Assembly (NCBI GenBank): GCA_021801645.1
Contig: JAJYXT010000010.1
Span: 25,052-89,051 of the forward strand
Length of the DNA: 64,000 nt
Direction of reading: 5' to 3'
Source of the DNA: a bacterium
Lineage (GTDB): Bacteria > Chloroflexota > Dormibacteria > Aeolococcales > Bog-877
The notes under the pieces were generated by a model, which saw only the letters and a list, made by a program, of their open reading frames with translations, had not been told where the DNA came from and searched no databases. Both the position numbers and the translations under genes were made by a program. Below are positions 10,480 through 19,610 of this stretch, piece after piece; the first letter of the stretch is position 1, and each line of letters begins with the position of its first letter.

Positions 10480-10899
10480 ATGTCAGTTCGCAAGCTCGCC
10501 CAGCTGGTCCCACACCGCGTGGTCCACGCCCACTGCGACATCCCCTGCGGCATCTACGACCCCCACGAGGCCCAGCTGGCCGCCCAGACGGTGGAGCGGA
10601 TGGTGACCCTCATTCAGGGGCTTGCCGATCCCACCTCGGAGGCCAGCCGCAACTCCTTCGTCCGGATGGTGGAGGTGAAGGAGCTGCACGCCGAGAAGGT
10701 GAAGCGCGAAGTTCAGATCATCTGGTCCGACTACTTCAAGCCGGAGCACCTGGAGAAGTTCCCCCAGATCCACGACCTCACCTGGAAGACCCTCAAGGCG
10801 GCGTCTGCCTGCAAGCAGTCGGTGGACGCGGAGAAGGCTGCTGAGCTGCGGCGCCAGGTGGATGAATTCGCCCGGATCTTCTGGGAAACCAAGAAGTAG
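10480..10899 (+). CDS. sodN: Nickel-containing superoxide dismutase with N-terminal propeptide
   Basis: Propeptide MSVRKLAQLVPHRVVHA followed by the Ni-hook HCDIPCGIYDP. RBS GAAGGGAGG. Confidence 0.9.
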   Translation: MSVRKLAQLVPHRVVHAHCDIPCGIYDPHEAQLAAQTVERMVTLIQGLADPTSEASRNSFVRMVEVKELHAEKVKREVQIIWSDYFKPEHLEKFPQIHDLTWKTLKAASACKQSVDAEKAAELRRQVDEFARIFWETKK

Positions 10900-10965
10900 G
10901 GTCGCGGCGACCCTCATCCCGTGAGGGTCGGATGGGGCCCAGCCGTGGGTGGGCCGAGAGGAGAC

Positions 10966-11595
10966 GTGAGCTTGGAACAGGTCGACTTCCACTTTGATCC
11001 CATCTGCCCCTGGGCCTGGTTGACCTCGCGGTGGGCGTCCCGGCTCGAGGCGCTCGGCGAGCTCGAGGTCCGCTGGAGGTTCTTCGCCCTGGCGGTGGCC
11101 CACCTCAAGGAGGGGGACGACCCCGGTCCGGCGGCCGAGCTTTGGGGAAGTCCCGCGCTGCGGGTTCTGGCGCTGGCGCGGAGGCAAGGGGGGAACTCCG
11201 GTGTCGCCCGGCTGTACACCGCGATTGGGACGGCGGTGCATGAGGAGGGGATGTCGCTCATGGAGGACGGGACCCTGCCGCACGCCCTGGAGCGTGCCGG
11301 GATGGACCCAGCGCTCCTCGCAAAGGCGCTGAGCGACCAGACGCTCTGGGATGAGGTGCTTGCCGACCACCGGGCCGCGGTCGCCGCGTGCGAGGCCTTC
11401 GGGGTTCCCACCATCGTCCTGGACGGAGGGCGGGGCCCGGGAGCGTTCGGCCCGGTGATAACCCGTGTCCCGGAGGACCAAGAGGCGGTCGCCCTGCTGC
11501 AGGACACCGTTCGCATGCTGAGGCGCGACTACCTCTTCGAGATCAAGCGGGACCGCGAAGGGCACCCACCCCTGGTCGGAGCAGCGAGCTCCTGA
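10966..11595 (+). CDS. DsbA-like thioredoxin-fold protein (DsbA/FrnE/HCCA-isomerase family)
   Basis: FHFDPICPWAW thiol-disulfide motif. GTG start preceded by GAGAGGAG. Confidence 0.7.
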   Translation: MSLEQVDFHFDPICPWAWLTSRWASRLEALGELEVRWRFFALAVAHLKEGDDPGPAAELWGSPALRVLALARRQGGNSGVARLYTAIGTAVHEEGMSLMEDGTLPHALERAGMDPALLAKALSDQTLWDEVLADHRAAVAACEAFGVPTIVLDGGRGPGAFGPVITRVPEDQEAVALLQDTVRMLRRDYLFEIKRDREGHPPLVGAASS

Positions 11596-11730
11596 ACCGT
11601 CCCACCCCGCGGTCGGGATGAGAAGAGGGAGAGGCCGGGGGCCACGGTGGTGCATTGCGGGCGGGCGGTGCCGGAGTGGCTGGCGTAGGTGGATCTTGGC
11701 CGGCCCGACCATGAGCCTGGGCGCCCGCAC

Positions 11731-12669
11731 ATGGCCCACCGAGTGACCCCACCACCGGCCTCTGGCGAGAGGCGCTCCGCGGAGATACAACTTCGGAGCG
11801 GCTCACAGCGGGCTTCGATCCGATCGACGGGCGCCACCCTGAGGAGCTACGAGTCTCACGGGCGTGAGCTGCTGGACGGCTTCGGCAGGCACGGGTGGAG
11901 CAGGGACGGACGGGGCCAGCTCCTCTTGCCGTGGCCCAACCGGATACGAGACGGCCGCTACCGCTTCGCGGGGCACAGTCATCAGCTGCCGATCTCCGAG
12001 GTGGGGCGGACCAACGCGATACACGGCCTCGTACGATGGGTCACCTGGCAGGTTGAGGAGGCTTTGCCCGAGCGGGCGCGACTATCCGTCGAGGTGTCTC
12101 CCCAGCCTGGCTACCCGTTCTGGATGCGTTTCGAGGCAGAGTACAAACTCACCATGAGGGGGCTGGAGGTCACCTTGGCGGCCCACAACCTCGGCCGCGG
12201 GCCGGCCCCATTCGGGGCGGGAGCGCACCCCTACCTCCGGCTCGCAGGCCACCTGGTTGACGATCTCCACCTCCGCCTTCCCGCTCGGCGCCGTCTGACC
12301 TCCGACAGCCAGGGGATCCCCACCGGCGAGGTGGAGGTTGGGGGGACGGAGTACGACTTCCGGGACTGGCGGCGCATCGGCCCCCTGGTGCTCGACACCT
12401 GCTTCTCCGACCTCCCCAGTGAGGGGTGGGCGGTCGAACTGGGTGTCCAGCCCGGGATCGAGCAGCTCCAGATCTGGGCGGACCGGTCCTTCCCCTATGT
12501 CATGGTCTACAGCGGGGACGGGGTGAGCCCCCCTGGTCGCCGCCGCGCCGGGCTCGCCGTGGAGCCGATGACCTGCGCCCCCGACGCCTTCAATTCCGGA
12601 CTCGGCCTCCTGGTGCTAGGCCCGGGTGAGACCTTCCGCGGCAGCTGGGGGGTGTCACATGGCGGGTGA
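11731..12669 (+). CDS. Aldose 1-epimerase family protein
   Basis: Mutarotase-like pattern (HGGxxGF..W..., HPYF-like AGAHPYLRL). The start is approximate. Confidence 0.65.
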   Translation: MAHRVTPPPASGERRSAEIQLRSGSQRASIRSTGATLRSYESHGRELLDGFGRHGWSRDGRGQLLLPWPNRIRDGRYRFAGHSHQLPISEVGRTNAIHGLVRWVTWQVEEALPERARLSVEVSPQPGYPFWMRFEAEYKLTMRGLEVTLAAHNLGRGPAPFGAGAHPYLRLAGHLVDDLHLRLPARRRLTSDSQGIPTGEVEVGGTEYDFRDWRRIGPLVLDTCFSDLPSEGWAVELGVQPGIEQLQIWADRSFPYVMVYSGDGVSPPGRRRAGLAVEPMTCAPDAFNSGLGLLVLGPGETFRGSWGVSHGG

Positions 12670-12757
12670 CGCCACGGTCCCCGAGACTTCCAGAGACGCC
12701 AGGCCATCTGGCGACCGGTCAACTCCTCCCTGGCCCGTCGGCCCGCGGCCGGTGCTG

Positions 12758-14080
12758 ATGATGGACCTGTACGAGCTGACCATGGCCCAGGCCTTCTGGT
12801 CGGCCGGAATGGCGGAGCTGCCCTCCACCTTCAGCCTCTTCACCCGGTCTCTCCCCAGGCGGCGGGGGTATCTGGTGGCCGCCGGGCTGGACGACTGCCT
12901 CTCCTGGCTCGAGCGGCTCTCCTTCGGCCCGCAGGAGCTGAGCTCGCTCGAGCAACTGGGCATCTTCCCCACCAAGTTCCTCGACTGGCTGGGCGACCTG
13001 CGCTTCCAGGGGGATGTCCGTGCTGTCCGGGAGGGCACCGTGGTCTTCCCCGACGAGCCGCTCCTGGAGGTAGACGCGCCCCTGGCGGTCGCCCAGATGG
13101 CCGAGACCTACCTCCTCAACCAGGCCACCGTCCAGACGACCCTCGCCACCAAGGTGTCCCGCTGCCGCCAGGCCGCCCGGGGCCGCCCCCTGGCTGAGTT
13201 CGGATTCCGCCACGCCCAGGGGCTGGACGCCGGCATGAAGGTGGCCCGGGTCTGCCGGCTGGTGGGGGTCGAGGCCACCAGCAACGTCGCCGGGGCCCTG
13301 GAGTACGGGCTGGGGGTTTCGGGCACCATGGCGCACTCCTTCGTCCAGGCACATGAGGATGAGGTCAGCGCCCTCCGCAACCTGGCTGAGGCCCTCGGGC
13401 CTCGCGCCACCCTCCTGGTCGACACCTTCAACACGGAGCGCGGCATCGCGGCGGCCGTTCAGGTGGCTAGCGAGATGCGCGTGCGGGGGGTGGAGGTCGC
13501 TGCCATCCGGCTTGACTCCGGGGATCTGGACCAGCTCTCCCGCCTCGCGCGCCACGCCCTGGACGGGGCGGGACTCTTCACGGTGAAGGTGATCGTCACA
13601 GGGGGGCTGGACGAGTACCGGATCGCCGAGCTCACCGCCGGCCCCGATCCAGCCCCAATCGACAGCTTCGGGGTGGGATCGGCGATGGTGGTGTCCGCCG
13701 ACGCGCCCCTAACCGACACCGTCTACAAGCTGGTCTCCTGCAGCGGGCGGCCGGTGCGCAAGACCTCCTCGGGAAAGGTCACCCTGCCCGGGCCCAAGCA
13801 GGTCTGGCGGTCTCCGGGGTTCGCCGGGGACCTGCTGGCGCTGCGGGACGAGGCCGCCCCGTCGGACGCACATCGCCCCCTCCTGGAGCTGGTCATGCGA
13901 GAGGGGCAGCGGACTGAGGCGGGTCGGCGGTCCCTGGCGGAGTCGAGCTCCCACCACGCCGGAGAGATCGCCTCGCTGCCAGCCGAGCTGACGGACCTGG
14001 AAGCCCCGGCGCCCTTCCCGCTGCGCCTGTCGCCAGAGCTGGAGGCCCTCGTGGCTCGGATGGACCGCTCCCAGATCTGA
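12758..14080 (+). CDS. pncB: Nicotinate phosphoribosyltransferase
   Basis: MMDLYELTMAQAFW...GTMAHSFVQAHEDE, typical of NAPRTase. Confidence 0.85.
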   Translation: MMDLYELTMAQAFWSAGMAELPSTFSLFTRSLPRRRGYLVAAGLDDCLSWLERLSFGPQELSSLEQLGIFPTKFLDWLGDLRFQGDVRAVREGTVVFPDEPLLEVDAPLAVAQMAETYLLNQATVQTTLATKVSRCRQAARGRPLAEFGFRHAQGLDAGMKVARVCRLVGVEATSNVAGALEYGLGVSGTMAHSFVQAHEDEVSALRNLAEALGPRATLLVDTFNTERGIAAAVQVASEMRVRGVEVAAIRLDSGDLDQLSRLARHALDGAGLFTVKVIVTGGLDEYRIAELTAGPDPAPIDSFGVGSAMVVSADAPLTDTVYKLVSCSGRPVRKTSSGKVTLPGPKQVWRSPGFAGDLLALRDEAAPSDAHRPLLELVMREGQRTEAGRRSLAESSSHHAGEIASLPAELTDLEAPAPFPLRLSPELEALVARMDRSQI

Positions 14081-14219
14081 GAGGTAGACCGGCGTGCGTC
14101 CCCGTTTGTGCCCCTGGCGCATACAGACGGCGCCAACTTTGTGTGCTTTGCCCATTGGCTGTCGACCAGCGCGGCGGTTATGTTCCGCGGGATCAATCCA
14201 CCCCTGAAGGAGTGACCAC

Positions 14220-15656
14220 GTGGACGTAGCTGTCGACGAGGCGGCGCTGGGTAGCGCCGCCGAAGGACACCAGCTCAAGGCTAATGTCTTGAGCCTCTTC
14301 GACTCGGTGGTCATGGGCGTCGCCGGGGTGGCGCCGGGCTATTCGATCGCGGCCAGCACGGCGGTGCTCTTCGGGGCGGTGGCGCTCAGCGGTCCGGGGT
14401 CGCTCCTCTACTGCGGGATCGCCATGTTCGGGATCGTCTGGGCATTCAACTACCTGGGTCGGGTGGATGCCAACGCCGGCGCCAGCTATGCCTGGGTCCG
14501 GCGGGCCCTCATCCCCCAGCTCGGCTACGTGGCGGGGTGGGCCCTAGTGGTCTCCGCCCTCCTGTTCATGGTGGCGGGATCCTTCCCCGCCGGCGCCGTC
14601 ACCCTGGGCCTCATCTCCAGCAGCCTCGCCAACAACACCCTGGCGGTGACCACGGTGGGCGCCCTCTTCTTCACCCTGATGGTGGTGGCGGTGCTGATCG
14701 GGGTGCGGATCACAGCCCGCCTCCAGGTCATGATGTCCACGGTGGAGCTGGCCATCCTGCTCCTCTTCGCGATCCTGGCCTTCGCCCACGGCGGCACCGC
14801 CCACGCCTTCAGCTGGTCCTGGGTCTCGCCGACCAGCTTCCATGGCATCAACGGCTTCTTCGCCGGAGCACTGGTGGCCGCCTTCTACTACTGGGGCTGG
14901 GACACCACCGCCAACCTCAGCGAGGAGACCAAGGAGGCCAAGGTAACGCCCGGCTTCGGCGGGATCTTCGGGGTGATCGTGGTCTTCGCCCTGTTCATGG
15001 CCTTCACCATCGGCTCGAACATGGTGCTCACGGCCAGCCAGGTGAGCCACAACAGCGCCGACGTGTTGGACGTTCTGGGCCAGACCGTCTGGCCGGGTGC
15101 CGGCGGCAAGCTGATCGTCCTGGCGGTCATCCTCTCCACCGTGGCGACCCTGGAGACCACCCTCATCCAGGTGACCCGCACGCTGTTCGCCATGGGCCGC
15201 GATGGCACCCTGCCCCGGTCCCTGGGCAAGATCCACCCCACCTGGAGGACGCCCTGGGTGGCCACGGTGGTGATCGCGGTGGTCTCGGTCGGTCTCTTCG
15301 TCGCCTCCAACTACGTGGGCAGCGTCTCCACCATCCTCACTGACGCCATCAACGCCATCGGCCTGCAGATCACCGTGTACTACGGGCTGGCCGGGCTCTC
15401 GGTGGTGGTCCTCTACCGCCGCCAGCTGTTCCGCTCCAAGTCCAACTTCCTCTTCATGGGGTTGTGGCCGCTGGTGGGAGCGATTTTCATGTTCGTGATG
15501 TTCGGGGAGTCCATCCCCAACCTCTCCCCCACCGCCGACGCCGTGGGCCTGGGAGCGCTGGCCCTGGGCCTAATCCCCATGGGCTACTACTGGGCACGGC
15601 GCAACCCCTACTTCAACCGCGTCCTCCCCGAGGAGAGGCTGGCACCGGAGGCCTGA
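14220..15656 (+). CDS. Amino acid permease (APC superfamily)
   Basis: 12-TM profile with an APC-type N-terminus. RBS GAAGGAG, GTG start. Confidence 0.85.
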   Translation: MDVAVDEAALGSAAEGHQLKANVLSLFDSVVMGVAGVAPGYSIAASTAVLFGAVALSGPGSLLYCGIAMFGIVWAFNYLGRVDANAGASYAWVRRALIPQLGYVAGWALVVSALLFMVAGSFPAGAVTLGLISSSLANNTLAVTTVGALFFTLMVVAVLIGVRITARLQVMMSTVELAILLLFAILAFAHGGTAHAFSWSWVSPTSFHGINGFFAGALVAAFYYWGWDTTANLSEETKEAKVTPGFGGIFGVIVVFALFMAFTIGSNMVLTASQVSHNSADVLDVLGQTVWPGAGGKLIVLAVILSTVATLETTLIQVTRTLFAMGRDGTLPRSLGKIHPTWRTPWVATVVIAVVSVGLFVASNYVGSVSTILTDAINAIGLQITVYYGLAGLSVVVLYRRQLFRSKSNFLFMGLWPLVGAIFMFVMFGESIPNLSPTADAVGLGALALGLIPMGYYWARRNPYFNRVLPEERLAPEA

Positions 15657-15696
15657 GCCCTGGAGGAGGCGGGGCCACAGCCCCGCCTCCTCCAGC

Positions 15697-16668
15697 TCAA
15701 CCTCCGATCGCCCGGTCGATCTCGGCCATGACCGCTCCGTCCAGGTGGGGCAGCACCTCCAGAGCGGCGAGGTTCTCCAGCACCTGCTCCCGCCGGGTCG
15801 CCCCGGTGATCACCGACGACACCCGCGGATTGGCGGCGCACCAGGCGATGGCCAGCTGGGCGGTGCTGCAGCCGAGCCGCTGGGCCACCTCACCCAGCCG
15901 GCGGGCTGCGGCGTTGCGGGCTGGGTCGGTCAGCTCCGGCCGCAGCCAGTCGTACCCGGCGATGGTTGCCCGGCTCCCCTCAGGCACGCCATCGACGTAC
16001 TTCCCGGTGAGGACACCGGAGGCCAGCGGGCTCCAGGTGGTGAGCCCCAGGCCGAAGTCCTCGATGAGGCGCCGGTACTCCACCTCGACACGCTCCCGGG
16101 CCAGGAGGTTGTACTGAGGCTGCTCCATCACCGGCTTGCGGAGGTGGTGGCGCTCGGCGATCTCCAGCGCCGCCCGGATGTCGTCCGCCGGCCATTCCGA
16201 CGTGCCCCAGTAGAGCGCCCGACCGCTCGACACCAGGTCGTGCATCGCCCACACGGTCTCCTCCACCGGGGTCTCGGGATCCGGCCGGTGGCAGAAGAGG
16301 AGGTCCACGAAGCGGAGCTGAAGCCGCTCCAGGGAGCCCTCCAGGGCCTGGAAGAGGTACTTGCGGTTCAGCGTCCTCGTGGTGTTGACCCCGCCATCGA
16401 TCCCCCAGTAGAGCTTGGTGGACACCACCACCTGGGAGCGGGGCCAACCGGCCCGCCGAAGCACCCGGCCGAGGATCTCCTCAGCGCGTCCCCCGGCGTA
16501 CACCTCCGCCGAGTCGAAGAAGTTCACGCCCCCTTCGTACGCCGCCTCCATGCAGCTGAGCGCCAGATCCTCGTCCACCTGGTTGCCGAAGGTCACCCAG
16601 GAGCCCAGTGACAGCAGGCTCACCTTGAGCCCTGAGCGCCCCAACCGCCGGTAGGTCATGTTCGCCAA
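15697..16668 (-). CDS. Aldo/keto reductase (Kv-beta-like)
   Basis: [21 protein letters not shown]...[11 protein letters not shown], typical of aldo/keto reductases. Confidence 0.85.
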   Translation of the reverse strand: MANMTYRRLGRSGLKVSLLSLGSWVTFGNQVDEDLALSCMEAAYEGGVNFFDSAEVYAGGRAEEILGRVLRRAGWPRSQVVVSTKLYWGIDGGVNTTRTLNRKYLFQALEGSLERLQLRFVDLLFCHRPDPETPVEETVWAMHDLVSSGRALYWGTSEWPADDIRAALEIAERHHLRKPVMEQPQYNLLARERVEVEYRRLIEDFGLGLTTWSPLASGVLTGKYVDGVPEGSRATIAGYDWLRPELTDPARNAAARRLGEVAQRLGCSTAQLAIAWCAANPRVSSVITGATRREQVLENLAALEVLPHLDGAVMAEIDRAIGG

Positions 16669-16728
16669 GTTCCACCTCCCACATCACCTGCTGCTCACCA
16701 GAAACGAGGGTACCGGGAGGGAGGGGAC

Positions 16729-18021
16729 CTACCCGGGAAGCGAACTCAACCAGTCCCGTAGCTCCTCCGAGTGCTCTCCCAGCCCAGGGGCGGCGCGGCG
16801 GTAGGTCACCGGGGTGCGGGAGAGCACGATGGGATCGGCCACCGCCCGGTCCGGAGCCGAGCCCGCACGAGGAAGCTGGACCACGGGCCCGAGGCCGTAC
16901 CCTTCGGCGAGGGCCAGAGCCTCCTGCACGTTGTTCACGGGTCCGCAGGGAATCCCCCGCTCGGAGAGCACGGGGACCCATTCGGCAGCCGGGCGCCGGC
17001 CCAGGGCCGTCTCCAGCTCCCGCCGCAGCTGATCGCGATTGCTGACCCGGGCGGGATTGGTGGCGAAGCGGGGATCCGCTGCCAGGTCCTCCCGCTCCAG
17101 CGCTGCGCAGAGCGCTCGGAACTGCCGATCGTTGCCGACCGCCAGGGCGAGCGGGCGGTCCATCGTCTCCAGGAGCTCGTAGGGCGCCACGCTGGGATGG
17201 CGGTTGCCCATCGGCTCGGGAACGACCCCCGCCATCACGACGGAGGACGCCTGGTTGACCAGGGACGACAGCAGAGTGGAGAGGAGGTTCAGGGAGATCA
17301 GCTGGCCCCTCCCGCTCCGGTCGCGCTCCCGAAGGGCGGCCAGGACCGCCACCGCGCCGTGGAGCCCCGTGAGCACATCCACCAGGGCCACGCCGGCCTT
17401 AGTCGGCGAGTCCGGTGCCGGCCCGGTGACGCTCATCAGTCCGCCCACGGCCTGGACCAGCAGGTCGTATCCGGGAAGGCTGCGGCCCTCCCCGGCACCG
17501 AATCCGCTGATCGAACAGTAGACGATCCGGGGGTGAAGTCGGGAGAGCTGCTCGTAGCCCAGCCCCAGGCGCTCCATGGTTCCGGGACGGAAGTTCTCGA
17601 CCACCACGTCCGCCCGGGCCACCAGCCGGCGCGCCACCGTCCGGTCGGCCTCCTCCCCGAGATCCAGAACGAGAGAGCGCTTGTTGCGATTCACCGAGAG
17701 GAAGTAGGTGCTGCGCCCCTCCGCGTCCCAGGGTGGGCCCCAGTGTCGGGCGTCGTCGCCCCCGTCCGGGCGCTCCACCTTGATCACATCGGCTCCCAGG
17801 TCGCCGAGCAGCATGGTGAGATAGGGGCCGGCCAGAACCCGGCTGAAGTCGGCCACCACGAGGCCCCCGAGGGGCCCCACCTCCCCCGGGGTCGCAACTG
17901 GATCCAGGTCTGGCACCAGTCGACCTTGCTGGGAACCGCCAGGCGCTGTCAAGGTGATCGGAGGGGCGCACCCGCGCCTCAGCCCTCGCGGTGCCCGCGC
18001 TTCAGCGTGGGGCGAGTTCAT
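16729..18021 (-). CDS. CoA-transferase family III (CaiB/BaiF-like)
   Basis: GPLGGLVVADFSRVLAGPY...DVIKVERP...YFLSVNRNKRS. The start is trimmed to ATG 18021 so it does not overlap the TPP riboswitch. Confidence 0.8.
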   Translation of the reverse strand: MNSPHAEARAPRGLRRGCAPPITLTAPGGSQQGRLVPDLDPVATPGEVGPLGGLVVADFSRVLAGPYLTMLLGDLGADVIKVERPDGGDDARHWGPPWDAEGRSTYFLSVNRNKRSLVLDLGEEADRTVARRLVARADVVVENFRPGTMERLGLGYEQLSRLHPRIVYCSISGFGAGEGRSLPGYDLLVQAVGGLMSVTGPAPDSPTKAGVALVDVLTGLHGAVAVLAALRERDRSGRGQLISLNLLSTLLSSLVNQASSVVMAGVVPEPMGNRHPSVAPYELLETMDRPLALAVGNDRQFRALCAALEREDLAADPRFATNPARVSNRDQLRRELETALGRRPAAEWVPVLSERGIPCGPVNNVQEALALAEGYGLGPVVQLPRAGSAPDRAVADPIVLSRTPVTYRRAAPGLGEHSEELRDWLSSLPG

Positions 18022-18045
18022 CGTCAGCCCCGCGTACGATGGAGC

Positions 18046-18123
18046 GAGTGGCGCAGGGTGTCTGTCCCGCCGGACTGAGAGCACACCCGTAGAACCTCAT
18101 CTAGCTGGCACTGGCGAAGGGAA
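18046..18123 (+). ncRNA. TPP (THI-box) riboswitch upstream of thiM
   Basis: AGGGTG..GCCGGACTGAGAGCACACCCGTAGAACCTCATCTAGCTGGCACTGGCGAAGGGAAG matches the THI element consensus (GGGGUGCC...CUGAGA...ACCC..GAACCUGAUCUGGAUAAUGCCAGCG.AGGGAAG). It ends 3 nt before the thiM ATG. Confidence 0.7.
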
Positions 18124-18126
18124 GTC

Positions 18127-18906
18127 ATGACCGAGCCCACCTGGAATCCCGCCCTGCGAGCAGTGGTGACCGGGTCACCCCTGGTCCACTGCCTCACCAA
18201 CATCGTGGTCGCGGGCTTCACCGCCAACGTCCTTCTGGCCCTGGGTGCCTCCCCGGCGATGGTCGAGAATGCCGAGGAGGCTGGGCCGTTTGCCAGGGTG
18301 GCTGGGGCGGTGCTGGTCAATCTGGGGACCCTGAGCGGCGAGCGGGAGGCGGCCATGCGCGCAGCGGCAGCTGGGGCGCACAGCGCCGCCCGGCCCTGGG
18401 TCCTCGACCCGGTCGCCGTCGGGGCGCTCGAGCACCGCACCCTCCTGGCTCATGAACTCCTTAACCACCGGCCAGCCATCATCCGCGGCAACGCATCTGA
18501 GATCGCCAGCCTGGCCGGCGTGTCCGGAGCTGCCGGCCGCGGGGTGGACTCCAAGGTGGGCTCGGCGGCGGCTGTCCGACCAGCCCAGGAGCTGGCGAGG
18601 GCAAGTGGGGCGGTGGTGGCGGTGAGTGGGGCCGTCGACTACGTGACAGATGGCCAGCAGGTGCTGGAGGTTTCTGGGGGAGACATCCTCATGACGAGAG
18701 TTACGGGGGTTGGGTGCGCGCTGGGGGCGGTGATGGCCGCCATCCTGGCGGTGGGCAGCGACCCGCTCCGAGCTGCCCAGGACGCCTCCGCAATCCTCAA
18801 GGAGGCGGGAAATCGGGCCGCCTCCCCCCCGCCCCCGGGGCCTGGGACCTACGCCGTCCGACTCCTCGACTCCCTGGGAGCCCTGGCCCTGGAGGCGTCC
18901 TCCTGA
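18127..18906 (+). CDS. thiM: Hydroxyethylthiazole kinase
   Basis: LVHCLTNIVVAGFTANVLLALGASPAM...VLVNLGTL, typical of ThiM. Confidence 0.85.
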   Translation: MTEPTWNPALRAVVTGSPLVHCLTNIVVAGFTANVLLALGASPAMVENAEEAGPFARVAGAVLVNLGTLSGEREAAMRAAAAGAHSAARPWVLDPVAVGALEHRTLLAHELLNHRPAIIRGNASEIASLAGVSGAAGRGVDSKVGSAAAVRPAQELARASGAVVAVSGAVDYVTDGQQVLEVSGGDILMTRVTGVGCALGAVMAAILAVGSDPLRAAQDASAILKEAGNRAASPPPPGPGTYAVRLLDSLGALALEASS

Positions 18907-19040
18907 CTCGCGGCCGCGTGGGGGCTTGGGATGGCGCGTCGGTGACCCGGCCTGGCTAGGAGCCCAGCCCGGAGGGGCGAGCACCCGGGCGCGCCAGGCT
19001 CTATTGTTGTGGCGCAAGTTCTGGCTTTCAGTGGAGCCCC

Positions 19041-19526
19041 ATGTTTAGCTTCCCCAACCCCGTGAATGAGGTGGCCAGCCGAGTGGTGGCCTCGGGCGTG
19101 GTACTGGTCGCCACCCTGGCACTGGCGCTGCAGCTGCCCTGGGTGAGCGCGATCCTCGCCTATGGCTTCCTGGCCCGGGTGGCCACCGGTCCCCGGCTCA
19201 GCCCGCTGGGGCAGCTGGCCACCCGCTGGGTCGCACCTCGGCTCAGCGCCTCGCCGCGGCTCGTGCCCGGTCCTCCCAAGCGCTTCGCCCAGGGGATCGG
19301 GGCGGTGCTGACGGTGGCGGCGACAGCCGCCTGGTTTGGACTTCACGCGGCCACCCTGGCGTACGCGCTCCTTGCGGTGCTCTTGGCCGCGGCCTTTCTC
19401 GAGGCCGCCTTCGCCTTCTGCCTGGGGTGCTGGATGTTCTCCCGACTGATGGCCGTGGGCTTGATCCCCGCCTCGGTGTGCGCCTCCTGCATGGACATCA
19501 GACGCCGCCGTCCGGCGGACGTCTAG
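19041..19526 (+). CDS. DUF4395-like membrane protein
   Basis: Four hydrophobic segments and a C-terminal FCLGCW...CASC motif. Confidence 0.55.
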   Translation: MFSFPNPVNEVASRVVASGVVLVATLALALQLPWVSAILAYGFLARVATGPRLSPLGQLATRWVAPRLSASPRLVPGPPKRFAQGIGAVLTVAATAAWFGLHAATLAYALLAVLLAAAFLEAAFAFCLGCWMFSRLMAVGLIPASVCASCMDIRRRRPADV

Positions 19527-19610
19527 CCAGCCGCTTCCGGGCGGCCAGGGGCTGGCCCGCACTGGGCGCGTTCAGCTCCAGGGCGGGTACGGGGCCTAAG
19601 ATCGCTGGGC

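Noticed and set aside
10483-11790. 435-aa minus-strand ORF
   Set aside because: Antisense to sodN and the DsbA-like gene, both of which have clear motifs and RBS.
12719-13555. 278-aa minus-strand ORF and others antisense to pncB (13709..14314)
   Set aside because: Shadow ORFs opposite pncB.
14537-15343. 268-aa plus-strand ORF and 14544..15236 minus-strand ORF
   Set aside because: Alternative frames or antisense of the APC permease gene. Products are His/Gly/Asp low-complexity.
15745-16611. 288-aa plus-strand ORF
   Set aside because: Antisense to the aldo/keto reductase gene.
16771-18078. 435-aa plus-strand ORF
   Set aside because: Antisense to the CoA-transferase gene.
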